A stretch of 61,713 nucleotides of DNA, filler included. It is 8 parts of 8 records of this genome, joined end to end, with 100 filler letters (N's around TTAATTAATTAA, not from the genome) between each part and the next. Parts side by side here need not be neighbours in the genome. Positions count along the whole stretch, not along the records: positions 12,871 to 24,993 come from SRR31156797_37780; positions 25,094 to 31,118 come from SRR31156797_37792; 6 more parts are not named here. The stretch is one strand, 5' to 3'. The translations under genes and the position numbers were made by a program. Shown one piece after another: positions 20,300-30,913 of the stretch. Within the stretch, counting starts at the first letter, position 1; each line of letters opens with the position of its first letter. The notes beneath the pieces were generated by a model, which was given only the letters and a program-made list of their open reading frames with translations, made no database searches and had not been told where the DNA came from.

Positions 20300-20641
20300 A
20301 TGAAAAAAAAATTGTTGGTTGTTTTATTGTCGGGTGTTTTCTTTGTGGCGAGTTCGGGTTTTGCTGTGGGGAAAAGCGTCGGTGAAAGCGCAAAAGATGC
20401 AGGCCAAAGTGTTGCAAATAGTGCGAAAGATGTGGGTAACGATATTAAGAAAGGTTCCCAGGAGTTTGGGAAAGAGGTAAAGGAAGGTGCCCAACAGGTG
20501 GGCAGAGACGCATCAGCCTTTGGAAAGGAAGTGGGAGAAGGATTTAAGAAGGGCGGAAAGGAAGTGGGAGAAGGTTTCAAAAAAGGCGCGGAGGATGTTG
20601 GAAAAGGCTTTAAGGAAGGGGCCAAAGGCGCTGGAAAATAG
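20300..20641 (+). CDS. Secreted protein made of 11-aa amphipathic repeats
   Basis: Signal peptide MKKKLLVVLL...GFA, then repeats such as KEVGEGFKKGG / KEVGEGFKKGA / EDVGKGFKEGA. Confidence 0.75.
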   Translation: MKKKLLVVLLSGVFFVASSGFAVGKSVGESAKDAGQSVANSAKDVGNDIKKGSQEFGKEVKEGAQQVGRDASAFGKEVGEGFKKGGKEVGEGFKKGAEDVGKGFKEGAKGAGK

Positions 20642-20685
20642 GATGCTTTGTACTCAGGTTATGGTTTGATTTAAGGAGATCAGAT

Positions 20686-22326
20686 TTGCGTTCCGACATT
20701 TTGAAAAAAGATATTGAAACATTGCCTCACCGGGCACTGCTCTGTTCCGCCGGGCTCAGGAAAGAAGATTTTGACCTGGATAAACCGTTTGTGGGTGTGG
20801 CAAACAGTTATAATAATATTATCCCGGGTCATATTCACTTAAATGTATTGACCGAAGCCGTTAAAAACGGCATTCGGGATGCCGGCGGCGTGCCCTTTGA
20901 ATGGGGTGTTCCGGGCGTCTGCGATGGAATCGCCATGTACGTTGAAATGAGACTGAGCCTTCCCAGTCGGGAGCATATTGCGGACAATATTGAAATTATG
21001 GTGCTGTCCCATTCTCTGGACGGCTGGGTGGGTGTTACGTCCTGTGATAAAATTACACCCGGCATGCTCATGGCGGCCGGCCGTCTGGATCTTCCTGCGG
21101 TGATCCTCACAGGCGGACCCATGAAAGCCAATATGGTTGACGGTGAAAAACACCATCCCATTGAGGGGTTCGGCCTGGTGGGACAGGTCAAAGGCGGTAG
21201 AATGACGGCTGAAGAGGCTGAACGGATGCTTCCATCCATGACATGTGGGGCCGGTTCCTGTGTGGGTCTCTATACGGCCAATACAATGGCGGTTGTATCT
21301 GAAGTGCTGGGCATGTCGGTGACCGGTTGTGCCACAACCCCGGCCCTGGATCCGGCAAAAAAAGAACAGGCCTATGAGTCGGGAAAGCGTGTTGTGGAAT
21401 TGATCAAAAAGGATGTCCGGCCCCGGCGTATCATGACGGGCCAGGCTTTTGAAAATGCCGTTAGGGCGGATATGGCCATGGGTGGATCCACCAATGCGGT
21501 GCTGCACATCCCCGCCGTGGCCAGAGAAGCCGGGATTTTGGTGGATCTGGAAATGTTTGACCGTATTGCAAAACAAACCCCTCATCTCTGCGCCATTATT
21601 CCCGCGGGGGCCTACGAAATGGCGGATATCCACAGGGCGGGCGGCGTGCCGGCTGTCTTGAACCGACTGCGCCATTTGATAAAGGATTCCGAAACGGTCA
21701 ATGATCGGTCCATCGCAAGTATTGCCGCCCATGGGAAAGCCCTGGATGAGGACGTTATCAGACCCATTGAAAACCCCTACCATCCCCAGGGGGGCATTGC
21801 CGTACTGAAAGGCAATATTGCCGGGAGCGGGGTCATCAAGCAGACGGCGGTGGATGATGATATGCAGGTGCACAGGGGGCCTGCAAAAGTGTTCCATACG
21901 GAAAAGGATCTCTTAAATGCCATTGAAGACCGTAGCATTTCTGAAGGGGATGTGATTGTATTGCCCTTTCAAGGCCCTTGCGGCGCTCCGGGCATGCCCG
22001 AGATGTTGACCCCCACCGATGCCATAAAAGGCGCCGGTTACAGCAGGGTGGCGTTGATCACGGACGGACGGTTTTCCGGTGCCACCAGTGGTCCTTGTGT
22101 GGGTCATATGGAGATGGAAGCTTTTAACGGCGGCCCCATCGGTGCCATAGCGGATGGCGATATGATAGAGATTGATATTCCCAATAGGCGTATTAACGTT
22201 GAGTTGACCGATGCTGATATTGAAGAACGCTTGAAACATGTCCGACCCCCGAAAAGAGAGTTGACGCCGTTGCTCAGGCAGTACAGGGATAAATTCAGGG
22301 GGAAGAACTGTTACGGGCAGCCGTGA
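20686..22326 (+). CDS. ilvD: Dihydroxy-acid dehydratase
   Basis: Motifs VCDGIAM, CDKITPG, GSCVGLYTANTM, GGSTNAVLH and TDGRFSG. Confidence 0.93.
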   Translation: MRSDILKKDIETLPHRALLCSAGLRKEDFDLDKPFVGVANSYNNIIPGHIHLNVLTEAVKNGIRDAGGVPFEWGVPGVCDGIAMYVEMRLSLPSREHIADNIEIMVLSHSLDGWVGVTSCDKITPGMLMAAGRLDLPAVILTGGPMKANMVDGEKHHPIEGFGLVGQVKGGRMTAEEAERMLPSMTCGAGSCVGLYTANTMAVVSEVLGMSVTGCATTPALDPAKKEQAYESGKRVVELIKKDVRPRRIMTGQAFENAVRADMAMGGSTNAVLHIPAVAREAGILVDLEMFDRIAKQTPHLCAIIPAGAYEMADIHRAGGVPAVLNRLRHLIKDSETVNDRSIASIAAHGKALDEDVIRPIENPYHPQGGIAVLKGNIAGSGVIKQTAVDDDMQVHRGPAKVFHTEKDLLNAIEDRSISEGDVIVLPFQGPCGAPGMPEMLTPTDAIKGAGYSRVALITDGRFSGATSGPCVGHMEMEAFNGGPIGAIADGDMIEIDIPNRRINVELTDADIEERLKHVRPPKRELTPLLRQYRDKFRGKNCYGQP

Positions 22327-22355
22327 GTGGCGCGAGATGAAAACAGGAGCGTGAA

Positions 22356-23582
22356 ATGCCGAATGAACGGAAACGTGAAGCGCTGGATGAGAGAATAGCG
22401 TCTCTGGAAAAGGAATGTACTCTTTTAAGGGAAGCGGATCAGAAATTCAGAAGCATTTTTGATGGTTCCATGGATGGTCTTGTGATCGTGGGGAGTGAGG
22501 ACGGTCGGATTGTCTGCGTTAACAAGCGTCTTGGCACCATCCTGGGATATTCCGGGGAAGCGCTGATAGGCAAATCCTTTCATGTGTTGCTCCCTGCGGA
22601 AATCAGACAATCCCAAAAAGACATGCTGAAGGAGTTGCAGGTTTGCGGGGGTGTTTTTACCCAGGATTTTATGCATGCCGACGGTCATGTTTGTGCTATG
22701 GATCTGATGGCCACCCTTGTTCCCTGGGAGGAAGGGTGGAGTATCCTCTGCACTTTGCGTGACGCTTCCGAACGCGTTCAGTTGGAAATGCAGCTTCGCC
22801 AGGCCCAGAAAATGGAGGCCGTCGGGGCCCTTGCAGGCGGGGTGGCGCACGACCTCAATAATATCTTGTCCGGACTTGTGAGTTACCCTGAACTTCTGCT
22901 CATGGACCTTCCGGAAGAGAGCCACCTGCGAAAACCCATCCTCACCATTAAGCGGTCCGGTGAGCGTGCGGCAGCGATTGTTGATGATCTGTTGACCATG
23001 GCCAGGAGAGGGGTGAGCGCCGGAGACGTGATCAATTTAAACCGGATCGTTTCCGCCTATATCACAGGCCCCGAATATGAAAAACTGCTGGACTATCATC
23101 CCCGCATTCGAGTGGAGACACGGCTGGCCGAGGATCTTTTTCCCATTGCCGGATCCTCGGACCGCTTGTTAAAAGTTCTTTCCAATCTGGCACTTAATGC
23201 CGCTGAAGCCATGCCGGACGGGGGTGAAGTGCTCATGATTACGGAAAATCGCCATATGGACGGATCTGGAGACGGCTATGTGCCTTCCGAAGCAGGCGAT
23301 TACGTAACGCTGACGGTTTCCGATTCCGGGGCAGCCATACCATCAGCGGATTTGGAGAGGATTTTTGAGCCTTTCCATACCAACAAGAAGATGGGAAGAA
23401 GTGGTACGGGACTCGGGATGGCGGTGGTATGGGGGACGGTGAAAGACCACAAAGGTTATATTGATGTGAAAAGTGAAGCGGGAAAAGGGACCGCCTTTAC
23501 ACTTTATTTCCCGGTGATGGGAGAACATTCGAAAACAGCCTCGCTTATTCAGTGTCCGGAAATTCCCAAACAAACCCCATGA
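22356..23582 (+). CDS. PAS-domain histidine kinase
   Basis: PAS domain, then [27 protein letters not shown] and GTGLGM. Confidence 0.9.
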   Translation: MPNERKREALDERIASLEKECTLLREADQKFRSIFDGSMDGLVIVGSEDGRIVCVNKRLGTILGYSGEALIGKSFHVLLPAEIRQSQKDMLKELQVCGGVFTQDFMHADGHVCAMDLMATLVPWEEGWSILCTLRDASERVQLEMQLRQAQKMEAVGALAGGVAHDLNNILSGLVSYPELLLMDLPEESHLRKPILTIKRSGERAAAIVDDLLTMARRGVSAGDVINLNRIVSAYITGPEYEKLLDYHPRIRVETRLAEDLFPIAGSSDRLLKVLSNLALNAAEAMPDGGEVLMITENRHMDGSGDGYVPSEAGDYVTLTVSDSGAAIPSADLERIFEPFHTNKKMGRSGTGLGMAVVWGTVKDHKGYIDVKSEAGKGTAFTLYFPVMGEHSKTASLIQCPEIPKQTP

Positions 23583-23595
23583 AACGGAGCCGATC

Positions 23596-24024
23596 ATGAA
23601 AGTCAATAAAGTTGATCATATCTGTATTGCGGTAAAAGACCTCCATGCGGCAAAAAAGATTTGGGAGCCCCTCCTTGGGAAGACGGGTCCGGATGACGCT
23701 TATGTGGACGAACCCGAAAAGATCAAGGTGGCCCGTTACTGGGTGGGGGAAGTGGGCTTTGAGTTGATGGAGTCCACCACGCCGGATGGCCATGTGGCGA
23801 AATATATAGAGAAAAACGGCGAGGGCGTGATGCTTCTCAGCTTCAACGTGGACAACACGCGGGAATCGGTGGCGGAACTGAAATCAAAGGGTTATCCCGT
23901 TATTCCCGATTCCAAGGGCGAAACGGTAAGGCCTTTCCGCGACTGCGAATTCGCATTTATCCATCCCAAAAAACTCAATGGTGTTTTGACCGAAATCATC
24001 GATTACAAGTGGGAGGAATTTTAG
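23596..24024 (+). CDS. VOC family protein (methylmalonyl-CoA epimerase-like)
   Basis: Motifs DHICIAV, ELMES, GEG and FIHPKKLNGVLTEI. Confidence 0.8.
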   Translation: MKVNKVDHICIAVKDLHAAKKIWEPLLGKTGPDDAYVDEPEKIKVARYWVGEVGFELMESTTPDGHVAKYIEKNGEGVMLLSFNVDNTRESVAELKSKGYPVIPDSKGETVRPFRDCEFAFIHPKKLNGVLTEIIDYKWEEF

Positions 24025-24025
24025 T

Positions 24026-24047
24026 GGGGGTCAAACCTTTGACCCCC
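24026..24047. terminator. Hairpin between convergent genes
   Basis: GGGGGTCAAA-CC-TTTGACCCCC, a perfect inverted repeat. Confidence 0.6.
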
Positions 24048-24053
24048 TTGTAT

Positions 24054-24993
24054 TTAGAGTTTTCCGATGGTATTTCTGCCGATGATCATCTTTTCCACCT
24101 CTTTGGCCCCTTCATAAATTTCAAGAACCTTGGCGGCCCGATAGAATCGTTCGATATCCTGCTCGTTGAAGTATCCATATCCGCCGTGAAGCTGTAACGC
24201 CTCATCCACCACTTCCACGGCTGTCCTGCCCGAGTACATTTTGGCCATGGCGGTGATATCCGTATCGCCTTTTCCCTGGTCCAGAAGGGTACAGGCTTTG
24301 TGGGCAATGGTCCTGGCCAGTTCGACCTTGGTGGCCATATCGGCGATTTTAAACTGGGTGGACTGGAACGAACCGATTTTTCGGCCGAACTGTTCACGGT
24401 TTCGAATGTGAGTGATGGCCAGGTCCAGTGCTCCCTGGGACAGACCCACGCCGTGGGCCGCCACATACGCGCGGGAACGGTCAAAAAAAGCCATGAGTTG
24501 GGCAAACCCGTTGCCCCGTTGCCCCACCAGGTTTTCCTTGGGTACGCGGACATCGGAAAGGAAGATATTGGCGGTATTGGATGCACGAAGACCCATTTTT
24601 CCGTGTAATGGATCCGCTTCGTATCCGGGCCGGTCCGTTTCAACGACGATGATGCTGTGTCGTCCGGATCTCCGTTTTTCCTCCGGGTCCGTCAGGCAGA
24701 AGACCAGGATGAAATCACCCTCGGAGCCGTTTCCAATCATGACCTTGTTCCCGTTGATTCGGTATTCATCGCCGTCGAGAACGGCAGTGGTGGCGGCAGA
24801 CAAGGTATCACTCCCCGCATCCGGTTCCGTGATGGCAAATCCCATGATGGATTTTCCTTCCGCCACGGGAGGGAGAAACTTTTGTTTCTGCTCTTCAGTT
24901 CCGAAAAGAAGGAATTCTTCGGCGCCGAATGACACGGAACATAACTGTTGGCCCAAACCGGGGTCCACCCGCCAGAATTCTTCCAGGATAATG
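24054..24993 (-). CDS. Acyl-CoA dehydrogenase (5' end missing at contig edge)
   Basis: Motifs FAITEPDAGSD, INGNKVMI, REQFGRKI, ALQLHGGYGY and EIYEGA. Confidence 0.92.
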
Positions 24994-25093
24994 NNNNNNN
25001 NNNNNNNNNNNNNNNNNNNNNNNNNNNNNNNNNNNNNTTAATTAATTAANNNNNNNNNNNNNNNNNNNNNNNNNNNNNNNNNNNNNNNNNNNN
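24994..25093. other. Artificial contig linker
   Basis: N44-TTAATTAATTAA-N44. Confidence 0.98.
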
Positions 25094-25159
25094 TTACGCT
25101 ACGCTAACCCAACCTACGCAGCAGCCAGGAGCGCGGGCGGACACGGGGGCCGCCCCTAC
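25094..25159 (-). repeat. Two GTAG-family REP-like palindromes
   Basis: The minus strand reads GTAGGGGCGGCCCCCGTGTCCGCCC (25135-25159) and GTAGGTTGGGTTAGCGTAGCGTAA (25094-25117, cut by the contig end). Confidence 0.7.
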
Positions 25160-25194
25160 AATTTATAATCAGCTTTTTCCTGGCTTTCTATCAG

Positions 25195-26643
25195 CTATTT
25201 TCTCCAGAATTCAGGGATAAACAGGATAAAAACGGTATAAACTTCCAGTCTTCCCAACACCATGCAAAAAACAAGAACGGCCTTGGCCGCCTGGGGCAGA
25301 TGAGCGAAATTTTCAGCCGGGCCGACTGTGCCCAAACCCGGGCCGATGTTGCCGATGCACGCGGCCGTGGCCGTGAATGAAGTGGCCAGATCCAGCCCCA
25401 AGGCCGCCAGAATTATGGAAGCAAAAACAAAGAGGGCCATAAAAAGGATAAAGAATCCCAGGACTGATTTTAAAATATCTTCAGGGACCGGCTTTCCGTC
25501 CAGCTTGACCGGTATGATCGCCCTGGGGTGAATAAGATGCCTTAATTCCCGGTATGTATGTTTGAGCAGGAGCATAATGCGCATGCATTTGACGCTCCCG
25601 CCCGTGGACCCGGCCGACCCTCCTATAAATATCAGTACAACCAGAATTATCTGAGTCAGGTAAGGCCATTGTTCGTAATCCGCGGTGGCGTAACCGGTAG
25701 TTGTGAGTATGGACGCAACCTGAAAAGCCGCGTACCTGAATGAATTTCCAAGGCTGTAAAGCCCTTTGCTCCAGATGGATATCGTAATTACGATGGCGGC
25801 AACGGTAAAAACGCCCAAAAAGAACTTTAATTCCGAATTTCTGAACACGGACTTCAGGTTGCCGGTCAGGGCCTGGTAATGCAGGGCGAAGTTTATGCCG
25901 GAAAGAAGCATGAATACGGTAATGACCGTGTCGAAATAAACGCTGTTATAATATCCGATGCTGGCGTTTTTGGTGGAAAAGCCTCCCGTGGCCAGTGTGC
26001 CGAAGGTATGGCACAATGAGTCGAACAGGTCCATTCCCCCCAGGAAAAGAAGCAGAACTTCGGCGGCGGTAAAGGCAATGTATACCTGCCAGAGCAGCTT
26101 GGCCGTCTCGGTGATGCGCGGCTGGAGTTTATCAGCCACCGGGCCGGGTACTTCCGCCTTGAAAAGCTGCATTCCGCCAACTCCTAAAAAAGGCAGAATG
26201 GCAATAGTCAATACGATAATGCCCATGCCTCCCAACCAATGGGTCAGGCTGCGCCAGAACAGAATCCCCTTGGGTAGGGATTCTATTTCGGTCAACACGC
26301 TGGCCCCGGTAGTTGTGAACCCGGACAGGGATTCAAAAAGGCAGTCCAGAAATGTCGGGAAAACGCCTCCAATGTAGAATGGCAGGGCGCCGAAAAGCCC
26401 GACCGCGAACCAGCCAAGAGCCGCCACGGCCATGCCTTCCCTGTGGCGGATTTCATCATCGGGCTTTTTTCTGAAAATGAGGATCAGGGCCGCGGATCCG
26501 GCCAGGGTCAGGCCGATGGACTTCATAAACACTATGTCGGTTCCGTCTCCATAAATCAAGCCGACAGCCAAAGGGCAAACCATGGCCAGGGCCAGAAAGA
26601 GATTCAGAACTCCAACCAGGTTTAAAGTAATTCTAAGATTCAC
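25195..26643 (-). CDS. trkH: Trk K+ uptake membrane subunit
   Basis: Pore motifs FESLSGFTTTGAS, WLGGMGII, TGGFS, TTTGY, GGSAGSTGGSVK and NIGPG. Confidence 0.96.
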   Translation of the reverse strand: MNLRITLNLVGVLNLFLALAMVCPLAVGLIYGDGTDIVFMKSIGLTLAGSAALILIFRKKPDDEIRHREGMAVAALGWFAVGLFGALPFYIGGVFPTFLDCLFESLSGFTTTGASVLTEIESLPKGILFWRSLTHWLGGMGIIVLTIAILPFLGVGGMQLFKAEVPGPVADKLQPRITETAKLLWQVYIAFTAAEVLLLFLGGMDLFDSLCHTFGTLATGGFSTKNASIGYYNSVYFDTVITVFMLLSGINFALHYQALTGNLKSVFRNSELKFFLGVFTVAAIVITISIWSKGLYSLGNSFRYAAFQVASILTTTGYATADYEQWPYLTQIILVVLIFIGGSAGSTGGSVKCMRIMLLLKHTYRELRHLIHPRAIIPVKLDGKPVPEDILKSVLGFFILFMALFVFASIILAALGLDLATSFTATAACIGNIGPGLGTVGPAENFAHLPQAAKAVLVFCMVLGRLEVYTVFILFIPEFWRK

Positions 26644-28010
26644 TAAAAGAACTCCAGCTTGACAGTGAGTGCTTTTTCCACTTTTGAAATCGCTTCGCGC
26701 CGGGCGAAAATGACTATTCTGTCTTGAGGCTCGATTACCGTATCTCCCTTGGGTATGATTACTTCGCCGTTTCTGACGATGGCGGCAATGAGCGCTTGTT
26801 TGGGGAATTTCATTTTGGCCAGGGGACAGCCCACTATTTCCGACGTCTGCAGGGCTTCAAATTCTATAACTTCCGCATCCTCGCCCTTGAGTGCGGCTAC
26901 GGAGACGACTTTTCCACGACGAATATTCTGCAGGATGGCGGAAACCGCCGACAGCCTTGAACTGACCAGCGTCTCCAGGCCGATGGCCGTAACCAATGGT
27001 ATATATGCGAACTTGTTGACCCTGGTTATGGTATGTTTGGCGCCCAGGCGTTTGGCCAACAGGCAGGACAAAACGTTTTCTTCCTCGTCATTGGTCAGGG
27101 CGATAAACATGTCTACATCCGACACGTTTTCCTCTTTCAGCAAATCCTGGTCAGTGCCGTCGCCTTTCAGTACAACTGTTTTGTTAAGCTGTTCGCCCAA
27201 TATCCGGCAGCGTTCCTCATTTCTGTCTATGAGCTTGACCTTGAACTTGCCGTTATTCTCCAGTTCCCTGGCCAAAAGACTGCCTACCTGCCCGCCGCCC
27301 ACAATCATGACAAACCGGGTCGGCTCGTGTTTCAAGCCGAAAAAGGGCAGAATAATGTCGACATCCTTGGGACGGGTGACGACATAGGCCAGGTCGCCGG
27401 CTTGAAGGCGCGTCTTGCCCCGGGGAATGATAACTTCCCCGTCCCTGTGAATGGCCGCGATCAGTATGTGGTTATCCGGGTCTATTTTCTGGAGCCCGAT
27501 CATGGTTTCGCCGGCCAGTTTGGAATCCGACCTGATTTTCAAACCGATCAGTCGAACGCGGCCTTCGGCAAAGTCGACCACGTCCAAGGCCCCGGGTACG
27601 TCAATCAGGCTGATAATGGTTTTTACAACTTCCGATTCCGGATTAATGACCAGGGAAAGCCCCAGTACGTCCTCGTGTTTGAATTCTTCAAATTTATAAT
27701 ATTCGTGGTTGCGAATTCGTGCGATCCTGGTTGTGCCGGGTGAAATAATACGGCTCATCAGGCAGGCGACCAGGTTGGATTCGTCGCTGTCGGTTACGGC
27801 CACTATCATATCAGCGGACTCGATTCCGGCCTTGCGTAAAAGCTCCGGGCTGGCCCCGGAACCGCTCAAAGTCTGGACGTCCAGCGTATCGCCGACATAT
27901 CTCAACCGCTCCTCGTCCCTGTCTATCAGGACTACGTCCTTTCTTTCCAGGGAAAGTTTACTGGCAATGTGATAACCGACTTCACCGGCGCCCACTATTA
28001 TTGCTTTCAA
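26643..28010 (-). CDS. trkA: Trk K+ uptake NAD-binding subunit
   Basis: Two RCK_N/RCK_C pairs with GAGEVG and GGGQVG. Confidence 0.96.
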   Translation of the reverse strand: MKAIIVGAGEVGYHIASKLSLERKDVVLIDRDEERLRYVGDTLDVQTLSGSGASPELLRKAGIESADMIVAVTDSDESNLVACLMSRIISPGTTRIARIRNHEYYKFEEFKHEDVLGLSLVINPESEVVKTIISLIDVPGALDVVDFAEGRVRLIGLKIRSDSKLAGETMIGLQKIDPDNHILIAAIHRDGEVIIPRGKTRLQAGDLAYVVTRPKDVDIILPFFGLKHEPTRFVMIVGGGQVGSLLARELENNGKFKVKLIDRNEERCRILGEQLNKTVVLKGDGTDQDLLKEENVSDVDMFIALTNDEEENVLSCLLAKRLGAKHTITRVNKFAYIPLVTAIGLETLVSSRLSAVSAILQNIRRGKVVSVAALKGEDAEVIEFEALQTSEIVGCPLAKMKFPKQALIAAIVRNGEVIIPKGDTVIEPQDRIVIFARREAISKVEKALTVKLEFF

Positions 28011-28136
28011 AATGATAACTCCGTAAACAGGCCGGGCCTGTACATAAACTTTCCTCCCGCCGAAATAGCAAGAACGAATATCGTCTCCTTCGATTCAATA
28101 GGCGGGTTGAAAAGCTTAGTGGTTTCTTTTATCGTT

Positions 28137-30068
28137 CTACGATACTTTACTCCCCGGCTCAGCGTCGCGCTGTACGGTCAGAAGGGTCAGGCCGTCTTTA
28201 TCCGTGGCCGCGAGCATCATTCCTTCCGAATAGACGCCCATCAGTTTGGCGGGTTTTAGATTGGCCAGGACGACTACATGGCGGCCTACCAGTTCTTCCG
28301 GCGCATATTGTTTGCCTACGCCGGCCACTATGGTCCTGTCCTCACCGATATCTATTGTCATTTTTATAAGCTTGTCGGATTTAGGCACACGGTCGGCCTC
28401 CTTGATCAGGCCGACCCGTAAATCGAGCTTCTTAAAGTCATCAAATGAAACCTGGCCCTCTTTTTCAACTGGTTTTTCTTTTTCCTTCTTTTTCTGAGGC
28501 GTGGCTTCTTCCTTGCCCTTTTTCCCTGCCGGGGCGCCGCCCAGCTCAACCCGGGGGAATAACGAACGGCCCTGGTTAACAGCCTTGCCCGGCGCCAGGG
28601 CTTTTTCAATCTTCTCATAATCAATCGACAGAAAATCGGGGTCAAGACCGATCTGATTCCTCATCTCCGCGGATGTGTCCGGCATAACCGGGTAGATCAT
28701 GCCCGCAATAAGTCCCAGGGCTTCAATCAGCTCGTACAGAACGTTTTCCAGCTTTTCCTTCTTTTCAGGGTCCTTGGCCAGGGCCCACGGCGCTTCATGA
28801 TCTATGAAACGGTTGGCCGCGCTGATCAGTTCCCAACACGACATGAGCGCCTTGTGAAAAGCCATTTTCTTAAAGGAAGTTTTGTATTCTTCAACAACTT
28901 TCAGGCCTGTTTCACGGAGAGAGCCGCCGTTTTTTCTGGCGTCTTCGGCTTCGGAGATCAATCCCCCGCCGAACTTGCGGATCATGGTCAAGCTTCTCTG
29001 GCATAGGTTGCCCAGGTCATTGGCCAGGTCCGCGTTTATCCGGCCCACCAGGCCTTCTTCTGAAAAATCGGAATCCAGGCCGAACACCATGTCCCTGAGC
29101 AGGAAATAGCGGAAAGCATCCAATCCGTATATATCCTTCATTTGCAGGGCTTCAACCACGTTGCCCACGCTCTTGGACATCTTGCTTTCGCCGATACGCC
29201 AATACCCGTGAACATTGAGGTGTTGATAAGGTTCAAGTCCGGCGCTTTTAATCATGGTCGGCCAGTAAATGGCGTGGGGCTTGAGTATATCCTTGGCAAT
29301 GGTGTGCTGGGCCGCCGGCCAGAATTTGGTGAACAGTTCGCCGTCCGGGTAGCCGAGCGCCGACACGTAATTGATCAGGGCGTCGAACCAGACGTAAGTT
29401 ACAAATCGGTCGTCAAAGGGAAGCTCAATACCCCAGGTCAGCCTTGATTTGGGGCGGGATATGCAAAGGTCCTCCAATGGCTCCTTGAGGAAGCTGAGAA
29501 CTTCGTTCTTATACCTTTCCGGCCTGATGAAATCAGGGTTCTTATTTATATGATCAATCAGCCAGTCCTGGTACTTGCTCATACGGAAAAAATAGTTTTC
29601 TTCTTCAATATAAGTCGGCGCCTTTAAATGATCCGGGCAAAGGCCGTCGACCAGTTCCTTTTCAGTATAAAACCTTTCACAACCGAAACAGTAATGTCCG
29701 CCGTACTTGTCAAAATATATGTCGCCATTGTCGTGAACCCTGGACAATATCTCCTGGACGACCTTAATGTGTCTTTCTTCCGTGGTCCGTATAAAATCGT
29801 TATTGGAAATATTCAGTTGCGGCCAGGTTTGGCGAAACAGGCCGCTTATGTGGTCCGCGTATTGTTTGGGTTCAATGCCTTCGGCTTCGGCGGCCTGGAC
29901 TATTTTGTCTCCATGCTCATCAGTGCCGGTTAGAAAATATGTTTCATAGTCCATGAGCCCATGAAAGCGGTTATAGGCGTCATTGACAATGGTGGTATAG
30001 GCATGCCCTAAATGCGGTTTTGCATTTACATAATATATTGGGGTGGTTATAAAGAAACGGGGTTTCAT
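28137..30068 (-). CDS. metG: Methionyl-tRNA synthetase
   Basis: HLGH, GTDEHG, YVWFDAL and KMSKS motifs, plus a C-terminal tRNA-binding domain. Confidence 0.97.
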   Translation of the reverse strand: MKPRFFITTPIYYVNAKPHLGHAYTTIVNDAYNRFHGLMDYETYFLTGTDEHGDKIVQAAEAEGIEPKQYADHISGLFRQTWPQLNISNNDFIRTTEERHIKVVQEILSRVHDNGDIYFDKYGGHYCFGCERFYTEKELVDGLCPDHLKAPTYIEEENYFFRMSKYQDWLIDHINKNPDFIRPERYKNEVLSFLKEPLEDLCISRPKSRLTWGIELPFDDRFVTYVWFDALINYVSALGYPDGELFTKFWPAAQHTIAKDILKPHAIYWPTMIKSAGLEPYQHLNVHGYWRIGESKMSKSVGNVVEALQMKDIYGLDAFRYFLLRDMVFGLDSDFSEEGLVGRINADLANDLGNLCQRSLTMIRKFGGGLISEAEDARKNGGSLRETGLKVVEEYKTSFKKMAFHKALMSCWELISAANRFIDHEAPWALAKDPEKKEKLENVLYELIEALGLIAGMIYPVMPDTSAEMRNQIGLDPDFLSIDYEKIEKALAPGKAVNQGRSLFPRVELGGAPAGKKGKEEATPQKKKEKEKPVEKEGQVSFDDFKKLDLRVGLIKEADRVPKSDKLIKMTIDIGEDRTIVAGVGKQYAPEELVGRHVVVLANLKPAKLMGVYSEGMMLAATDKDGLTLLTVQRDAEPGSKVS

Positions 30069-30071
30069 GTT

Positions 30072-30902
30072 CTAGTTCTCCTCATCTTGTTCGGGGCTGC
30101 CTTGAGGCTCGGATTTCCTGACGTCTTCGTGGCGAATATCCAATTCTTCGCCATCCTGCAGCAGCACCGTGGACACGCGTTCCATGACATTCTGGCGAAT
30201 CACCTTGCCTTCGCCCTGTTCAGTCATCATGCGCTTGCCCAATTTGGGCAGTCCTTTTTTCTGTTCCAAATAAGTTTTATATTCATAGGTCAAACAGCAC
30301 ATCAGCCTTCCGCACACTCCGGATATCTTGGCCGGATTGAGCGAAAGGTTCTGTTCTTTTGCCATTTTTACCGATACGGGCGCGAATTCGTTAAGGAAGG
30401 TGGCGCAGCACAATTCCCGGCCGCAGCAGCCCAGGCCGCCGACCATTTTGGCTTCATGCCGCACACCTATCTGGCGCATTTCTATGCGTGTTCTGAACTT
30501 GCTGACCAGGTCCTTGACCAGGGCCCTGAAATCCACCCGCCCGTCGGCCGTGTAATAGAAAATGATTTTCGAGCCGTCGAAAAGGACTTCGGTGAGAACG
30601 AGTTTCATCTCCATCTCACGAGCTTTAATCCTTTCGAGGCAAAAATCGAAAGCAAATTTTTCACGGGCCAGATTTTTTTCGTGCTGCCACAGGTCGTCTT
30701 CGTTGGCCAGGCGAAGGACCTTTTTCAAGGCTTCTTCGCTTTCCGGGGTTGTGCTGCGGGGAATGGTCGCCACGTCTCCCAGTCCCAGTCCCTGTTCGGT
30801 TTTAACGAGAACCTGGTTTCCGGGGTTCAGCACAAGGTTGCCGCTGTCGAAATGATAAATTTTACCGCCTTCACGGAAGCGGACGCCGACTACTTTTCCC
30901 AT
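30072..30902 (-). CDS. ricT: PSP1 / RicT (YaaT) family protein
   Basis: Motifs RVDFR.LVKDL, RIEMRQIGVR, CGRELCC and SGVCGRLMCCL. Conserved holB-yaaT-metG order. Confidence 0.9.
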   Translation of the reverse strand: MGKVVGVRFREGGKIYHFDSGNLVLNPGNQVLVKTEQGLGLGDVATIPRSTTPESEEALKKVLRLANEDDLWQHEKNLAREKFAFDFCLERIKAREMEMKLVLTEVLFDGSKIIFYYTADGRVDFRALVKDLVSKFRTRIEMRQIGVRHEAKMVGGLGCCGRELCCATFLNEFAPVSVKMAKEQNLSLNPAKISGVCGRLMCCLTYEYKTYLEQKKGLPKLGKRMMTEQGEGKVIRQNVMERVSTVLLQDGEELDIRHEDVRKSEPQGSPEQDEEN

Positions 30903-30913
30903 ATGTCTCTTTT

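Noticed and set aside
20500..20640. 33-bp repeats as a CRISPR array
   Set aside because: They are contiguous, in-frame coding repeats with no spacers, and there are no cas genes in the window.
1..28010. trkA duplication (1-33 and 26643-28010)
   Set aside because: The two copies are on different contigs and probably from different genomes.
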